63,132 nt of DNA, filler included, from 6 parts of 6 records of this genome joined end to end with filler, not necessarily neighbours in it; one strand, 5' to 3'; positions 43,219 through 53,924 are shown, numbered from the whole stretch's first letter. The notes: generated from the letters alone by a model not told the origin. Program-made: numbers and translations.

Positions 43219-43578
43219 TCAGACCAAGGGAGGGGGTATGGGCGGGCGCTGCGCGAATGCAAGCGCATCATCCTTTGCATGGAAACCGAAGCTTGGGGAG
43301 AAATGGTTTGGCATTGCAATAGCCGCATCGACCGTTTCAATGAAAACCCCGAGAAGTGTGTGGAAGCCAACATGCGCAGCCTGCGCTTCAAGGGTGTCAT
43401 GCTCCGTGACTTCGTCTGGCTCATGATCATGGATCATTTCGCTGGCATGCGCCTGCACGTGTGGCCGCTCAAGATGAGCGTGTTCAGCGTCGAAAACGGC
43501 AAGGTCCATGAAGCGCAGGAACATTAGCGCACCCATGGTCATCAGAACCATCATGTTTTTGATCGGTTGTATCGTCAT
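43219..43578 (-). CDS. CzcI-like His-rich small protein ending RPPIPPP
   Basis: N-terminal hydrophobic segment, His-rich core, Pro-rich C-terminus. Directly upstream of czcC. Confidence 0.65.
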   Translation of the reverse strand: MTIQPIKNMMVLMTMGALMFLRFMDLAVFDAEHAHLERPHVQAHASEMIHDHEPDEVTEHDTLEAQAAHVGFHTLLGVFIETVDAAIAMPNHFSPSFGFHAKDDALAFAQRPPIPPPLV

Positions 43579-43686
43579 CTTCTACCTGAGTTCGAGCTTG
43601 TGCCCTGATAGTAGGCCGCATGGGTCCACTAATCAAGTCGGCTTCTCGTGGTGTCGTATTATATTTTTGTGGCTTGGTGGTGCTTT

Positions 43687-43713
43687 GGCCAAAACCGACC
43701 CAAAGCGGCCACT
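43687..43713. repeat. Short hairpin repeat, copy B
   Basis: GGCCAAAACCGACCCAAAGCGGCCACT. Confidence 0.55.
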
Positions 43714-43827
43714 TACCAAAAGTTTGAACAAGCTAGGTAGTGGAATTATATTCTTAGAGGAAATGCATGACTAAAATAAAAATGAAACTAATCTCTATTG
43801 GGGCTCTACTATTATAATCGAGGAAAA

Positions 43828-44661
43828 ATGGAAATTAACTCAATAGAAAAGGAAACTATAGGCCTGTGCATTTGCGTTGAATCTCTCAACAATATGGTGA
43901 ACCATGCTTTGCTTGACGTGAGGAAAAGTTCAAGAACGATAGGTGAGGCCGAGGTCTATTTTAAGGACTTTATCCATCGTTCACTATTTGTAATTCGTTT
44001 CTTGGATTTTGCAAAGGAAGCTGGAGATAGTAAATTAACAGGCGTGTCAGGATCGTGCATAAACGTACTTAGCGAGACTTGTCAAAGCAAGAGTTTCAAT
44101 AAAGAGGTAACTGATCTTCAAAAGGCACTAAATGAGTTAGTCAACTGGCTTGAGTTTAAGGCTCCGCTAAAATTATGTCTTCCAACGCTCGATATAGAAG
44201 CAAAGATCGAAGTTTCAAGAATGGACTTCTTGAAAATTTCAGGCAATCATTCGAAGCACAATATATCCAGATTAACTGGTGTATCGAAAGAGATACACAA
44301 AATCCTCACAGAGCACGATTATGTTGTACCACTTGAGCTGATACCTCTCGCACTAGAAGACTTCCAAGAACATCTTGATGAGAACTATTTCATATACTAC
44401 GGCACTTGGATGGCGCAATTATTAAATGATGTTCGGTGGGGGATTCAAGCGTATCTAACGCCGATCTATATTTCATGTCATAAAAGAGCAAATGATGGAT
44501 TTTCATATAAATATGAGTATCCAGAAGGCTTAGAAAACGAACTATCTAAACAATGGTTTTGGCGTTTGATGAATCACGTCAGAGCTTCTCCATATTTGGA
44601 GAAATTCACAGCTCCTGATTCATTCACAAGCCAAAGTTCATTAGAATGGGATATGGAATAA
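43828..44661 (+). CDS. AT-rich orphan protein, possibly HEPN-like
   Basis: 277-aa ORF with GAGG RBS and a GNHSKH motif. Visibly AT-richer than its neighbours. Confidence 0.7.
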   Translation: MEINSIEKETIGLCICVESLNNMVNHALLDVRKSSRTIGEAEVYFKDFIHRSLFVIRFLDFAKEAGDSKLTGVSGSCINVLSETCQSKSFNKEVTDLQKALNELVNWLEFKAPLKLCLPTLDIEAKIEVSRMDFLKISGNHSKHNISRLTGVSKEIHKILTEHDYVVPLELIPLALEDFQEHLDENYFIYYGTWMAQLLNDVRWGIQAYLTPIYISCHKRANDGFSYKYEYPEGLENELSKQWFWRLMNHVRASPYLEKFTAPDSFTSQSSLEWDME

Positions 44662-44701
44662 AAAACGTTCCAACAGGTTCTTATTAAGGAAACAAGTTTA
44701 C

Positions 44702-44725
44702 GTCCGCTACTGGCCGAAAGCTGAC
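44702..44725. repeat. Short hairpin repeat, inverted copy C
   Basis: GTCCGCTACTGGCCGAAAGCTGAC, reverse orientation relative to copies A and B. Confidence 0.45.
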
Positions 44726-44811
44726 TCTGAAGCCATCGTTCTGAAGAAACTGCTATTCGACGAATCTATCTTCTCTTGACCAATTTCACTTATTTGTGGG
44801 TTTTACCCGGT

Positions 44812-45006
44812 CTAGCCAACTTTGGAGGCATCACTCCGCCCACCTCCTTGTGCGATCTTTTGGAAATAACGATCTTGGCGTTCAACGTCGATATAGGGAT
44901 TGGGGAGACCTGTGGCTATAGCCTCCCTTTTGGCTTGAGCGAACGCTTGCTCGCCAATCTCGGCTAGTTCTTCGAATGATAAGTCAAAAGTCGACTTCTT
45001 CGTCAT
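44812..45006 (-). CDS. Small hypothetical protein
   Basis: 64-aa ORF with protein-like composition. No family recognised. Confidence 0.35.
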   Translation of the reverse strand: MTKKSTFDLSFEELAEIGEQAFAQAKREAIATGLPNPYIDVERQDRYFQKIAQGGGRSDASKVG

Positions 45007-45151
45007 CGCTCGCTTCTACCTATCGTCGACTTGGGGGCATCGTGCCTCACCCATTCAAGCTGTCTTTTATGCCATAGAATTTGTGTGGCATAGAGATTGG
45101 TGTCTGAGCTACTCAAGGGCTACGAGAATAGCCCTAAAATGAAGAGGGCTG

Positions 45152-45251
45152 NNNNNNNNNNNNNNNNNNNNNNNNNNNNNNNNNNNNNNNNNNNNTTAAT
45201 TAATTAANNNNNNNNNNNNNNNNNNNNNNNNNNNNNNNNNNNNNNNNNNNN
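45152..45251. other. Artificial contig linker
   Basis: N-TTAATTAATTAA-N. Confidence 0.97.
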
Positions 45252-45252
45252 C

Positions 45253-45594
45253 ATGGTGATCTTCCGCAACTACCAGTGGGGTGCGGAAAAGCGCAACACC
45301 ACGCTCTGGTACGACAACAATTTCGTCGGCACCGAGCTCGACCGCGACACCTCCTATGCGAAGATCGCCGAGGCCTGCGGCGCTCACGGCGTCGTGGTCA
45401 AGGACCAGCAGCGCCTGACCGAGGAGCTTGCCAGGGCCATCGAGCGGCAGATGAAGAACGGCGAGACCACCTTCATCGAGGTCCTGCTCAACCAGGAACT
45501 GGGCGAACCGTTCCGCCGCGATGCGATGAAGAAGCCGGTCGTGGTCGCCGGCATCAACCGGGAGGACATGCGCCCGCAGAAGGGTGCTGTCTGA
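45253..45594 (+). CDS. xsc: Sulfoacetaldehyde acetyltransferase, 3' fragment
   Basis: FRNYQWGAEKRN..LWYDNNFVGTEL, ELGEPFRRDAM. Taurine gene context. Confidence 0.92.
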   Translation: MVIFRNYQWGAEKRNTTLWYDNNFVGTELDRDTSYAKIAEACGAHGVVVKDQQRLTEELARAIERQMKNGETTFIEVLLNQELGEPFRRDAMKKPVVVAGINREDMRPQKGAV

Positions 45595-45626
45595 GAGCCA
45601 ACCGGTTCAAGCGTGAAGATATCGGG

Positions 45627-45653
45627 AGGCCACGCCATGCGCGTGGCCTTTTT
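45627..45653 (+). terminator. Intrinsic terminator after xsc
   Basis: AGGCCACGC-catgc-GCGTGGCCT followed by TTTT. Confidence 0.75.
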
Positions 45654-47125
45654 CACGTGCCGCCGAAAGCCTCGATCGTGTCTGCGATGATGTCGATCCC
45701 GGCGGGAATCCGGGCGCTGTCGATCGAGGAATAGGCGATGCGGAAATTGTGCTTTCCATCCTCGGGGTTCTCGAAGAAGAAATGCCCCGGCTCGAGCAGC
45801 ACGCCCCGTTGCCGGACCGCCTTGGCAAGGTCGCGCGCATCGATACCGTCCGGCGTCCTCATCCAGAAACTCGAGCCGCCGGATACATCCGAACCGGCAA
45901 CGTGCAATCCCCGGCGGTCGATGGCTTCCTGCATGACATCGCGCCGCCGCCGGTAGGTCTGGCCCATGCGCGCCACCAGCGCGTCGAAATGGCCGAGCGA
46001 CAGGAAGTTCGCCACCGTGCGCTGCAGATGCCCCGGCGGGTGCCGGACAACCACCATGCGCAAGGCGCGGGCTTCGCGGATGAAGGTCTCCGAGCCGACC
46101 ATGTATCCAAGCCGCAGGCCCGGAAACAGCGATTTGGAGAACGAGCCGACATAGATCACCCGGCCCTCCTCATCCAGCGACTTGAGCGCCGGCGCCGGCG
46201 GGTTGAGGAAGGACATTTCGAATTCGTAGTCATCCTCGACGATCAGGAAGTCTTTTCGCGACGCCATCTCCAGCAGTTTCTGGCGCCGTTCGAGCGGCAT
46301 CGTCACGCTGGTCGGGCAATGATGGCTCGGCGTGGTGAACACCACGTCGGTCCCGTCCGGAAGCGCATCGAGCCGCATCCCGGCATGATCGACCGGCACG
46401 TTCACCACGTTGCAGCGGGCCAGGTTGAGCGCCACCCTGAGGCCCGGGTAGCCGGGATTTTCCATCACCGCCGTGCGCCGCTGGTTGAGCAGCACCTGGG
46501 CTGCCAGCCATAAGGCGTTCTGTCCGCCCACGGTGATCAGGATCTGTTCCGGCTTGGCCTGGATGCCACGCCGGGGCAGGGTGTTGAGCGCGATGTACTT
46601 GACCAGTTCCGGGTCATCGCGCTCGTAGCTGTCGGCCGTAACGGTGGAGAATTCCCGCTTGCCCAGCGCCTGCAGCGCGCATTGCCGCCAGTTGCTGTGA
46701 TCGAAGATCTTCTCGTCCGCCTGCCCGTAGATGAACGGATAGGGGTAGCTGCGCCAGTCGACCGGCTTTTCCACCAGCACCTGGCCGGTATAGCGCTGGC
46801 CGATGGCGCGGTTCCAGTCGACCGCATCGGTGACGACGCCTTTCGGCGCGTCGAAGCGGGTGCGCTGCGGCGCGGTCGGCGAGACATAGTATCCCGAGCG
46901 GCCCTTGGCGATCAGGTAATCGTCGGACACCAGTTCGCTGTAGGCCAGCGTCACGGTGATCCGGCTGATCCCGAGATGGGTCGCCAGCTTGCGGCTGGAG
47001 GGAAGTTTTGCGCCAGGAATGAAGCGACCCGAGAGAACTCCCTCGCTGATCATCCTCTGGATCTTCTGTTGCAGCGTTCCCTCGAATTTCGGGTCGAGAA
47101 AAAACGTGTCTATCGGAATCGACAT
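45653..47125 (-). CDS. tauR: MocR/GntR family taurine regulator
   Basis: wHTH LPSSRKLA plus PLP domain (EDDYE, SFSKSLFPGLRLG). Lies between tpa and xsc. Confidence 0.88.
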   Translation of the reverse strand: MSIPIDTFFLDPKFEGTLQQKIQRMISEGVLSGRFIPGAKLPSSRKLATHLGISRITVTLAYSELVSDDYLIAKGRSGYYVSPTAPQRTRFDAPKGVVTDAVDWNRAIGQRYTGQVLVEKPVDWRSYPYPFIYGQADEKIFDHSNWRQCALQALGKREFSTVTADSYERDDPELVKYIALNTLPRRGIQAKPEQILITVGGQNALWLAAQVLLNQRRTAVMENPGYPGLRVALNLARCNVVNVPVDHAGMRLDALPDGTDVVFTTPSHHCPTSVTMPLERRQKLLEMASRKDFLIVEDDYEFEMSFLNPPAPALKSLDEEGRVIYVGSFSKSLFPGLRLGYMVGSETFIREARALRMVVVRHPPGHLQRTVANFLSLGHFDALVARMGQTYRRRRDVMQEAIDRRGLHVAGSDVSGGSSFWMRTPDGIDARDLAKAVRQRGVLLEPGHFFFENPEDGKHNFRIAYSSIDSARIPAGIDIIADTIEAFGGT

Positions 47126-47240
47126 TCGATCGCCCAGCCGGTTTTTGCCAGCATATCGACAGACTTAGCCAAGCGGAAGGGGCGGGTGCACGATTGTCCC
47201 GCCCTTCCCTCGGTCATGATTTCCCGCCACCGTGGCGAGG

Positions 47241-48623
47241 CTATGCAAACACCCGCGTCAGCGCCTGGTCGACACTGTCGGTAATCCGGTCGATGTCGTC
47301 CGCGGTGGCGATCAGCGCCGGGCTGAAGCACAGCGTGTTGTTGAAGCCCGGCAGCGACCGGTTGGTCGCCCCGATGATCACGCCCTGGGCCATGCAGTCG
47401 GCGACGACAGCCTGCACTCGTTTTTCGTCCATCGGCTCGCGCGAGGCCCGGTCGCTGACCAGTTCCGCGCCAAGGAAGAGGCCTTTGCCGCGCACGTCGC
47501 CGATCACGGCATGCTTGTCCTGCAGTGCGCGCAGATTGTTGATCATCCGTTCGCCCATCGCCTCGGTGTTTGCGATCAGGTTCTCGTCTTCGATGATCCG
47601 CATGTTCTCAAGGGCCGCGGCCGGTCCGGCGGCGCATCCGCCGAAGGTCGAGATGTCGCGGAAATAGGACATCGGATCGGATGCATCGTCCTTGAACTGC
47701 TCGAACACGGCTTCGGTGGTCACCGTGCAGGAGATCGCCGCATAGCCGGAGGCGACGCCCTTGGCCATGGTGACGAAATCGGGCTTGATCCCGTAATGCT
47801 GGTAGCCGAACCAGGTGCCGGTGCGGCCGACGCCGCAAACGACCTCATCGATATGCAGCAGGATATCGTACTTCTTGCAGATCTCCTGGACCCGTTCCCA
47901 GTAGCCCGGCGGCGGGGTGATCACGCCACCGCCCGCGGTGATCGGCTCGAGGCAGAGCCCGCCGACGGTATCGGGTCCCTCGCGCAGGATCACCTCCTCG
48001 ATCGCGTTGGCGGCGGCAAGACCGTAGCTTTCCGCATCCGGATACTGGCTCCGGTACTCGAGGCAATGCGGCACCATGACGAAGCCCGGCGCCATCGGTC
48101 CGTACTGCTCGGCCCGTTGCGGCTGTCCGCCGGCCGACAGTGTGGCGAGAGTCGTGCCGTGATAGTCGCGGTCCCGGTAAAGGATCTTGTATTTCCGGCC
48201 GCCATGATGCCGGTGCGAGATCTGCCGGATCATCTTGAAGGCCTTCTCGTTCGCCTCCGATCCGGAGTTCGAATAATAGACCCGGCTCATGCCCGGCATT
48301 TTCTCGATCAGCCGCTTTGCGAACAGTGCGCCCGGTATCGACCCCGCGCTGTTGGCGAAATAGTTCATCTTGACCAGCTGGTCGCGCACCGCGTTGGCGA
48401 TGCTCTCCCGGCCGTAGCCGACATTGACCGTCCAGACGCCGCCCGACACGGCGTCGAGATGTTCTTTGCCTGTCGCATCCCAGACCCGCATGCCACGGCC
48501 TTCGACCATGATCCGCGGATCGATGGTTTCAAACGGCTTGTGCTGGATCAGGTGATGCCAGACATGGGCACGATCGGCCTCGATAACCGCCTGGATGTCG
48601 TTGGTCTGGATAGGCAGGTTCAT
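47241..48623 (-). CDS. tpa: Taurine-pyruvate aminotransferase (class III)
   Basis: VWHHLIQHK, SGSEANE, DEVVCG, TMAKG, YFRDISTFGGC. Confidence 0.9.
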   Translation of the reverse strand: MNLPIQTNDIQAVIEADRAHVWHHLIQHKPFETIDPRIMVEGRGMRVWDATGKEHLDAVSGGVWTVNVGYGRESIANAVRDQLVKMNYFANSAGSIPGALFAKRLIEKMPGMSRVYYSNSGSEANEKAFKMIRQISHRHHGGRKYKILYRDRDYHGTTLATLSAGGQPQRAEQYGPMAPGFVMVPHCLEYRSQYPDAESYGLAAANAIEEVILREGPDTVGGLCLEPITAGGGVITPPPGYWERVQEICKKYDILLHIDEVVCGVGRTGTWFGYQHYGIKPDFVTMAKGVASGYAAISCTVTTEAVFEQFKDDASDPMSYFRDISTFGGCAAGPAAALENMRIIEDENLIANTEAMGERMINNLRALQDKHAVIGDVRGKGLFLGAELVSDRASREPMDEKRVQAVVADCMAQGVIIGATNRSLPGFNNTLCFSPALIATADDIDRITDSVDQALTRVFA

Positions 48624-48659
48624 GAGCGGTCCCTCCCGGGAAAAATGGTGATGGCCAAG

Positions 48660-48700
48660 CCTCCGGCAGGAAAACCATCCCCTCCGGCAGCAAAACCATC
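48660..48700. repeat. Tandem 21-bp duplication upstream of tpa
   Basis: CCTCCGGCAG(G/C)AAAACCATC twice. Confidence 0.8.
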
Positions 48701-48721
48701 GCCGAAGTGCTTGGCAAGAGA

Positions 48722-48830
48722 ATAGGGCCAGTGGCTACTCAGCCATATGGCCAGAAAAAGCCGAACAAAAGCAATGGCCTGCATCGGCGAAGCCAAACTG
48801 GTACAATGTTATCGGACAAATTGGCGCTAT
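48722..48830. promoter_or_regulatory. Putative TauR direct-repeat operators
   Basis: Minus strand CTGGCCATAT/CTGGCCCTAT (48722-48754) and plus strand CTGGTACAAT/TTGGCGCTAT (48798-48830), both with a 23-bp period. Similar to the CTGGACYTAA TauR repeat. Confidence 0.55.
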
Positions 48831-48989
48831 GGCTTTGAACACCGACTTGATCGACTTGGCCCTGTTGGCGCAAGATGACTGCAAAAGAACGCCAAGAAAA
48901 CGGGAACGGCGCCGGAGACCGCAGGATCGCCCGGCAATGAATTGCAATCGAAAGGCTGGCGTCATGCCGGCCCGGACAGGGAGCATCAC

Positions 48990-49121
48990 ATGAAAGCTGC
49001 ATCAAGAATTTCCGCATTGTTGGCCGGCATCGCCATGGTCGCCACCGCATCGGTCGCCAAGGCCGAAGAAATCACGGTTGCCTACTTCCTGGAATGGCCG
49101 ATGCCGTTCCAGTACGCCAAG
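48990..49121 (+). CDS. tauA: Taurine ABC transporter substrate-binding protein, 5' fragment
   Basis: Signal peptide then ITVAYFLEWPMP. Divergent from tpa. Confidence 0.75.
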
Positions 49122-49221
49122 NNNNNNNNNNNNNNNNNNNNNNNNNNNNNNNNNNNNNNNNNNNNTTAATTAATTAANNNNNNNNNNNNNNNNNNNNNNN
49201 NNNNNNNNNNNNNNNNNNNNN
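49122..49221. other. Artificial contig linker
   Basis: N-TTAATTAATTAA-N. Confidence 0.97.
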
Positions 49222-50863
49222 TTTCCATGTCATGTTCGACCAGAACCACCGCAATCCCGGCATCCGCCAGCTTGCGCAGCAATTTGGCAAGTGCAACCTT
49301 GTCGGCATGCATCAAACCCGCGGCCGGTTCATCAAGCAGAAGGACTCCGGGCTTGGTCGCAAGCGAGCGGGCGATTTCGACCAGACGCCGATCCACATGT
49401 GGCAAATCACCCGCACGTGCATCAGGATCACCAAGATATCCGCAAAACTGTAAAAGCCCCGCTGCGAAATTGCGATTTTCATCCGATGCGATACGTGAAA
49501 ATGGCGCCCCGAACCGGCCCAATGAAATGCCCGCAATCACATTGTCGACCACCGACATGTTTTCAAACAAACGGGTCGCCTGATAGGTGCGTGCAATACC
49601 GTTACGCGCGGCAAAATCGGTAGCCTTGCCTGCGATATCACGATCACCGATGCGAACGGCTCCCTCGGTCGGTTTGTAAAACCCGCTGATGATGTTCAGT
49701 AACGTCGTTTTACCGGCACCATTCGGCCCAATGATTGATGTCACCTGCCCCGGTCGGGCCGTGAAGGACACCTGATTAACTGCCTTAACACCACCAAAGG
49801 CAATCGATACATCATCGACCAGCAAACCATCGGATTTGGGATAATCAGCCAGCCCGGCTTCGATCTTTTCGGGGGGAACCGGTGTCACCTTCTGCCGCGC
49901 CAGCGGTATGAAACGGGCAATCGTGCCGACAATGCCGCGCGGCGCAATCAGCAGAACCGCAGCAAGAAGTGCACCGAAAATCAGCAACCGGTATTCGGCG
50001 AAGTCCGAGAGCAGCTCCGGCAGCAGGACGGAAACAGACGCCCCAACCAACGGCCCCAGAACGGTTCCGGCCCCGCCCAGAATAACCGCAAACAGATACA
50101 GGATGGATTGGCTGAGCGGGAAGTTTGACGGTGCGATAAACATCATCAACGGTGCAAACAATGCCCCCGCTAATCCGGCCATTGCCGCCGCAATGGCAAA
50201 GCCCGATGCCTTGACCACAAAGGCATTATAACCAAGCGAACTTGCGGCGATTTCCGCATCCCGCATGCTGGTCATTGCCATGCCCCAGCCACTAACCGCC
50301 AGACGCCGGAATGCCAGAAGTGCAATGCCGCCGAGCAACACACACAGCATCACCAGATCACGTTCAGAAAAAACATATGATCCGATCTGCGGCATCGGAA
50401 AACCCATCAAACCGTTTTGCCCGCCGGTCAGGTCACGCAATTCAATCGCGCCATGTTCAACGATAAAGGCAAAGGCAATCGTGACCATTGCCAGAAACGG
50501 TCCCGCCATCCGCACGGCCGAAATCGCCAATAAACATCCGGCAATCCCGCCAATGATGGTGGCCGCCAGCAAACTGACCCAGAAGTTAAGCCCGGCAAGC
50601 GTCAGGATCGCACTGGCATAGGCCCCGATGGCAAAGAAGCCAACCTGCCCCAGCGAGACCAGCCCGGTCAGACCATAAAGCACGTTCAGGCCCACCGTCA
50701 GAATGACGGTCATCGCCACCAACCCGATAATGAACTGCGTATAGCCGCCAGTGAACAATACGGCGACAAGTCCCCCGGCCATCGCCGCAACAATGACGCT
50801 GTCGAGTGCTAACGGCTTGTTCAGTTTCGGGATCGGATTTTTGAATTTCACGGACAGTTTCAT
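49222..50863 (-). CDS. Branched-chain-type ABC transporter fused permease/ATPase (LivM-LivG-like), 3' truncated
   Basis: GLVSLGQVGFFAIGAY, GPNGAGKT, LLLDEPAAG, VEHDM. Confidence 0.9.
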
Positions 50864-50865
50864 CC

Positions 50866-51741
50866 CTACACCTTCTTGATGGCAGCACGACCAAACAGGC
50901 CGCTTGGTTTGATCGTCAGAACCGCAATCACCAGTGCGAAGACAACGATGAAGGTATAGGACGAACCGAGATAGGTGGTCACAGCGGCCTCGACCATCCC
51001 ATAGATGAACCCGGCCAGCATGACGCTATAAGCCGATGTCATGCCGCCCAGAATGGCAACCGCAAAAGCCTTCAGGCCAAACAGCGTTCCCATGTCTGAA
51101 TGCACGGAAAAAAGCGGTGCGATCAAAAGTCCGGCACACCCGGCCAGCATTGATGATATGGCAAAGGATCCGGTCACCATGACCGTGGTGTTGATCCCCA
51201 TAAGCTTCGCCGCTGTCTGGTTTTGCACGACTGCCAGCAACGCCCGGCCCTGTCGGGTATGACGAAATAGCGCATGCAATCCCAATGCGACACCAATTGC
51301 TGCAATCGGGATCAGGATTTGTTGCGGATAAACCCCGGTGCCAAGAATATTCCAGCTGTCTTCCACAAGAACCGATGGCAAGGTTCTGGGTTCATTTCCG
51401 AAGGTAAACAGCACCGCGTTATCAAGCAAAATACCGCCTGCCACGGTTGCCATCAGCCACGCTTCGGAATTGCGAACCGCAAACGGACGGACAAGGAAAA
51501 ATTCAACAAGAACCCCCATCACGCCACAGCACAGAATGGCCAGCGGATAACCTAAAATCACCGGCATTCCATACTGCTGACAGAAAACAAAACCCAAAAC
51601 AGCCCCAAGCATGACCATGCTGCCCTGGGCAAAATTGACTTTCGATGAAACCGAATAAGTGATCTGAAAGCCAAGCGCGATCAGGCCATACATGCTGCCC
51701 AAACCGATACCGGTAATAAGGGCGGCCATTAACAAGGTCAT
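50866..51741 (-). CDS. Branched-chain-type ABC permease (LivH-like)
   Basis: GSMYGLIALG, NFAQG, KAFAVAILGG, KPSGLFG. Confidence 0.9.
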   Translation of the reverse strand: MTLLMAALITGIGLGSMYGLIALGFQITYSVSSKVNFAQGSMVMLGAVLGFVFCQQYGMPVILGYPLAILCCGVMGVLVEFFLVRPFAVRNSEAWLMATVAGGILLDNAVLFTFGNEPRTLPSVLVEDSWNILGTGVYPQQILIPIAAIGVALGLHALFRHTRQGRALLAVVQNQTAAKLMGINTTVMVTGSFAISSMLAGCAGLLIAPLFSVHSDMGTLFGLKAFAVAILGGMTSAYSVMLAGFIYGMVEAAVTTYLGSSYTFIVVFALVIAVLTIKPSGLFGRAAIKKV

Positions 51742-51834
51742 TGCAAATTATCCTTTGCACGAAACCGCAGCAAAATGGCGCGCGGTTTCCCTGCGGCCAC
51801 AACAGGTAAGGCAGGGCCGCAGGGAAAATCGGAA

Positions 51835-52483
51835 TCAGTCAGTGATCGGAATGATTTCGCCTTCGACAAACTTCGCGAAGGTGTAGTCTTCCGGACCAAG
51901 CGCATCCTGATCATCCGGGGTGAAAGGCTTGTCATAGGTTTTGATCATGCCTTCGATCCCGCTGATCTCGTACATTGCCTGCCGAACAGCCGGGCCTTCG
52001 GTCGAACCAGCCTTTTCGATAGCTGCGGCAATCAAAAGGGTCGCGTCATAGGCATTGGCGATACCGGTCGCCGGGGTAACGTCGGCCAGTGTTTTGATCT
52101 CCGGGAATTTTTCCTGAAGCTTTACAAACATCGGGCTTGAGGCATCGGTAAAGAGATAAGTCTGGATGAAATGAACCTTTTCGCCACTGGCACCGGCAAG
52201 TTCGGTAAAGCGACCACCAGCCGGCCCCCAATGCGATGAAATCGGAACATCCCAGCCCATGCGATCAAGCGATTTGACGACCTGTGCAGTCGGGGCCACG
52301 TTGGCAACCACAAACAGGGAATCTGCCCCGTTTTCCTTAAGGCGTGTCAGCTGCGGGACAACATCAACATCGTTTGATTCAAACTTTTCAATCCCGGCAT
52401 TGGGCATGCTGCGTTTTTCTAGCGCCTTGAGAAGCCCCTTCTCATTGGACTCCCCCCACGGGTTGTTGATCAGGATCATGCCC
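51835..52483 (-). CDS. ABC substrate-binding protein (LivJ/K-like), 5' truncated
   Basis: NNPWGES, ANAYDA. Operon context. Confidence 0.8.
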
Positions 52484-52583
52484 NNNNNNNNNNNNNNNNN
52501 NNNNNNNNNNNNNNNNNNNNNNNNNNNTTAATTAATTAANNNNNNNNNNNNNNNNNNNNNNNNNNNNNNNNNNNNNNNNNNNN
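52484..52583. other. Artificial contig linker
   Basis: N-TTAATTAATTAA-N. Confidence 0.97.
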
Positions 52584-52733
52584 CGATCACCCAACGATAT
52601 GGGGATTGTTCGCCCGTCTTGTTATTCATTATTCTGCCTCCGGCCTGTGAGGGCGCACACCCTGCCCTTCAGCATGGCCTTCCGCCCGGCGAAAAGCAAT
52701 GATGAAAATCTCCTCCACCGGGTAGAGCCAACC

Positions 52734-53924
52734 TTACGCCGGTGCCAGCTTTGCCTTCACGGGTTGCTCGACAATGAACATATGGATGGCCGCTGACATC
52801 ACCCCCAAGAGGACGCAGAACCACCAGATCGCGTCATAGGATCCGAAGGCGTCGAACGACCGACCCCCGAGCCAGGAGCCCAGAAATGCCCCGATCTGAT
52901 GTCCGAAGAAGACAATCCCGAACAACATGGACATATAGCGTGTGCCGAAAATATAACCGACAAGTCCGCTAGTCAGCGGTACGGTGCCGAGCCAGAGAAA
53001 GCCGATGGCGACGCTGAAGACCAGCACCGTCACTTCAGTGATAGGAATGATGATGAACAGGAAGAATATCAGCGCCCGCGCGAGATAGAGCAGACTAAGG
53101 ACAGACTTTTTTGAATAAACGCCCCCAAGATAACCGAAGATATAGACCCCGACAATATTGGCAAGGCCGACGAGCGTAAGACCCGTCGTCGCCAACCACG
53201 GCTCAAACCCCTTGTCGGCGAGAAAGGCCGGCAGATGCACCGCGACAAAGGCGAGATGAAAACCACAGACCAGAAAGCCGAGATTGAGCAACCAGAAACT
53301 GGGAATACGGCAGGCATCGCGAAAAGCCTCCCCCAGCCCCTGACCGATGTCGCCTTGGGGAGCTGGCGCGGCGCTTCTCAATCCCGCTGCGAGCGGCACG
53401 ATCAGCAACGCCGTCACCGCCAGGACACCAAGGGCAATCACCCAGCCAAAGCCGCTGATCAATACATGAGAGAAGGGCAAGGCAAGAAACTGGCCGACGG
53501 AGCCGCCAACGGAGGCAATGCCGAGCGCGCGGCTGCGATCCTTCTCCGCCACCAGACGGCCGACAGTCCCGAGGACAACGGTAAAGCCGCTACCACTGAG
53601 ACCGAGGCCAATCAACGTACCGCTGACCATCATCTGCATGCTGCTGCCCGCAGTCATCATGACAACCAGCCCGATGGCATAGAACAGCCCGCCCGCCGCC
53701 GCAACCCGACCGGCGCCGTATTTATCCGCGATCCCGCCGGCAAAAGGAGCGGCCACACCCCAGACAAGATTCAGAAGGCCCATGCCGAACGCAAAGCTTT
53801 CGCGTCCGACACCAAGCTCCGTCGTCATCGGGGTAAGAAACAGCCCCATGGCCTGACGATAGCCGATCGATAATCCCAAAATCGTCGCGGCGCAGAGAAG
53901 CAGTATCCAGAGTGAATGTTTCAT
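52734..53924 (-). CDS. MFS transporter
   Basis: 12-TM pattern, GGIADKYG motif A, FLVCGFH, HQIGAFLG. Confidence 0.9.
   Translation of the reverse strand: MKHSLWILLLCAATILGLSIGYRQAMGLFLTPMTTELGVGRESFAFGMGLLNLVWGVAAPFAGGIADKYGAGRVAAAGGLFYAIGLVVMMTAGSSMQMMVSGTLIGLGLSGSGFTVVLGTVGRLVAEKDRSRALGIASVGGSVGQFLALPFSHVLISGFGWVIALGVLAVTALLIVPLAAGLRSAAPAPQGDIGQGLGEAFRDACRIPSFWLLNLGFLVCGFHLAFVAVHLPAFLADKGFEPWLATTGLTLVGLANIVGVYIFGYLGGVYSKKSVLSLLYLARALIFFLFIIIPITEVTVLVFSVAIGFLWLGTVPLTSGLVGYIFGTRYMSMLFGIVFFGHQIGAFLGSWLGGRSFDAFGSYDAIWWFCVLLGVMSAAIHMFIVEQPVKAKLAPA

Noticed and set aside
44662-44700. Integron attC after the AT-rich orphan
   Set aside because: No RYYYAAC...GTTRRRY pair with a foldable core, and the recombinase is Cre-like, not IntI.
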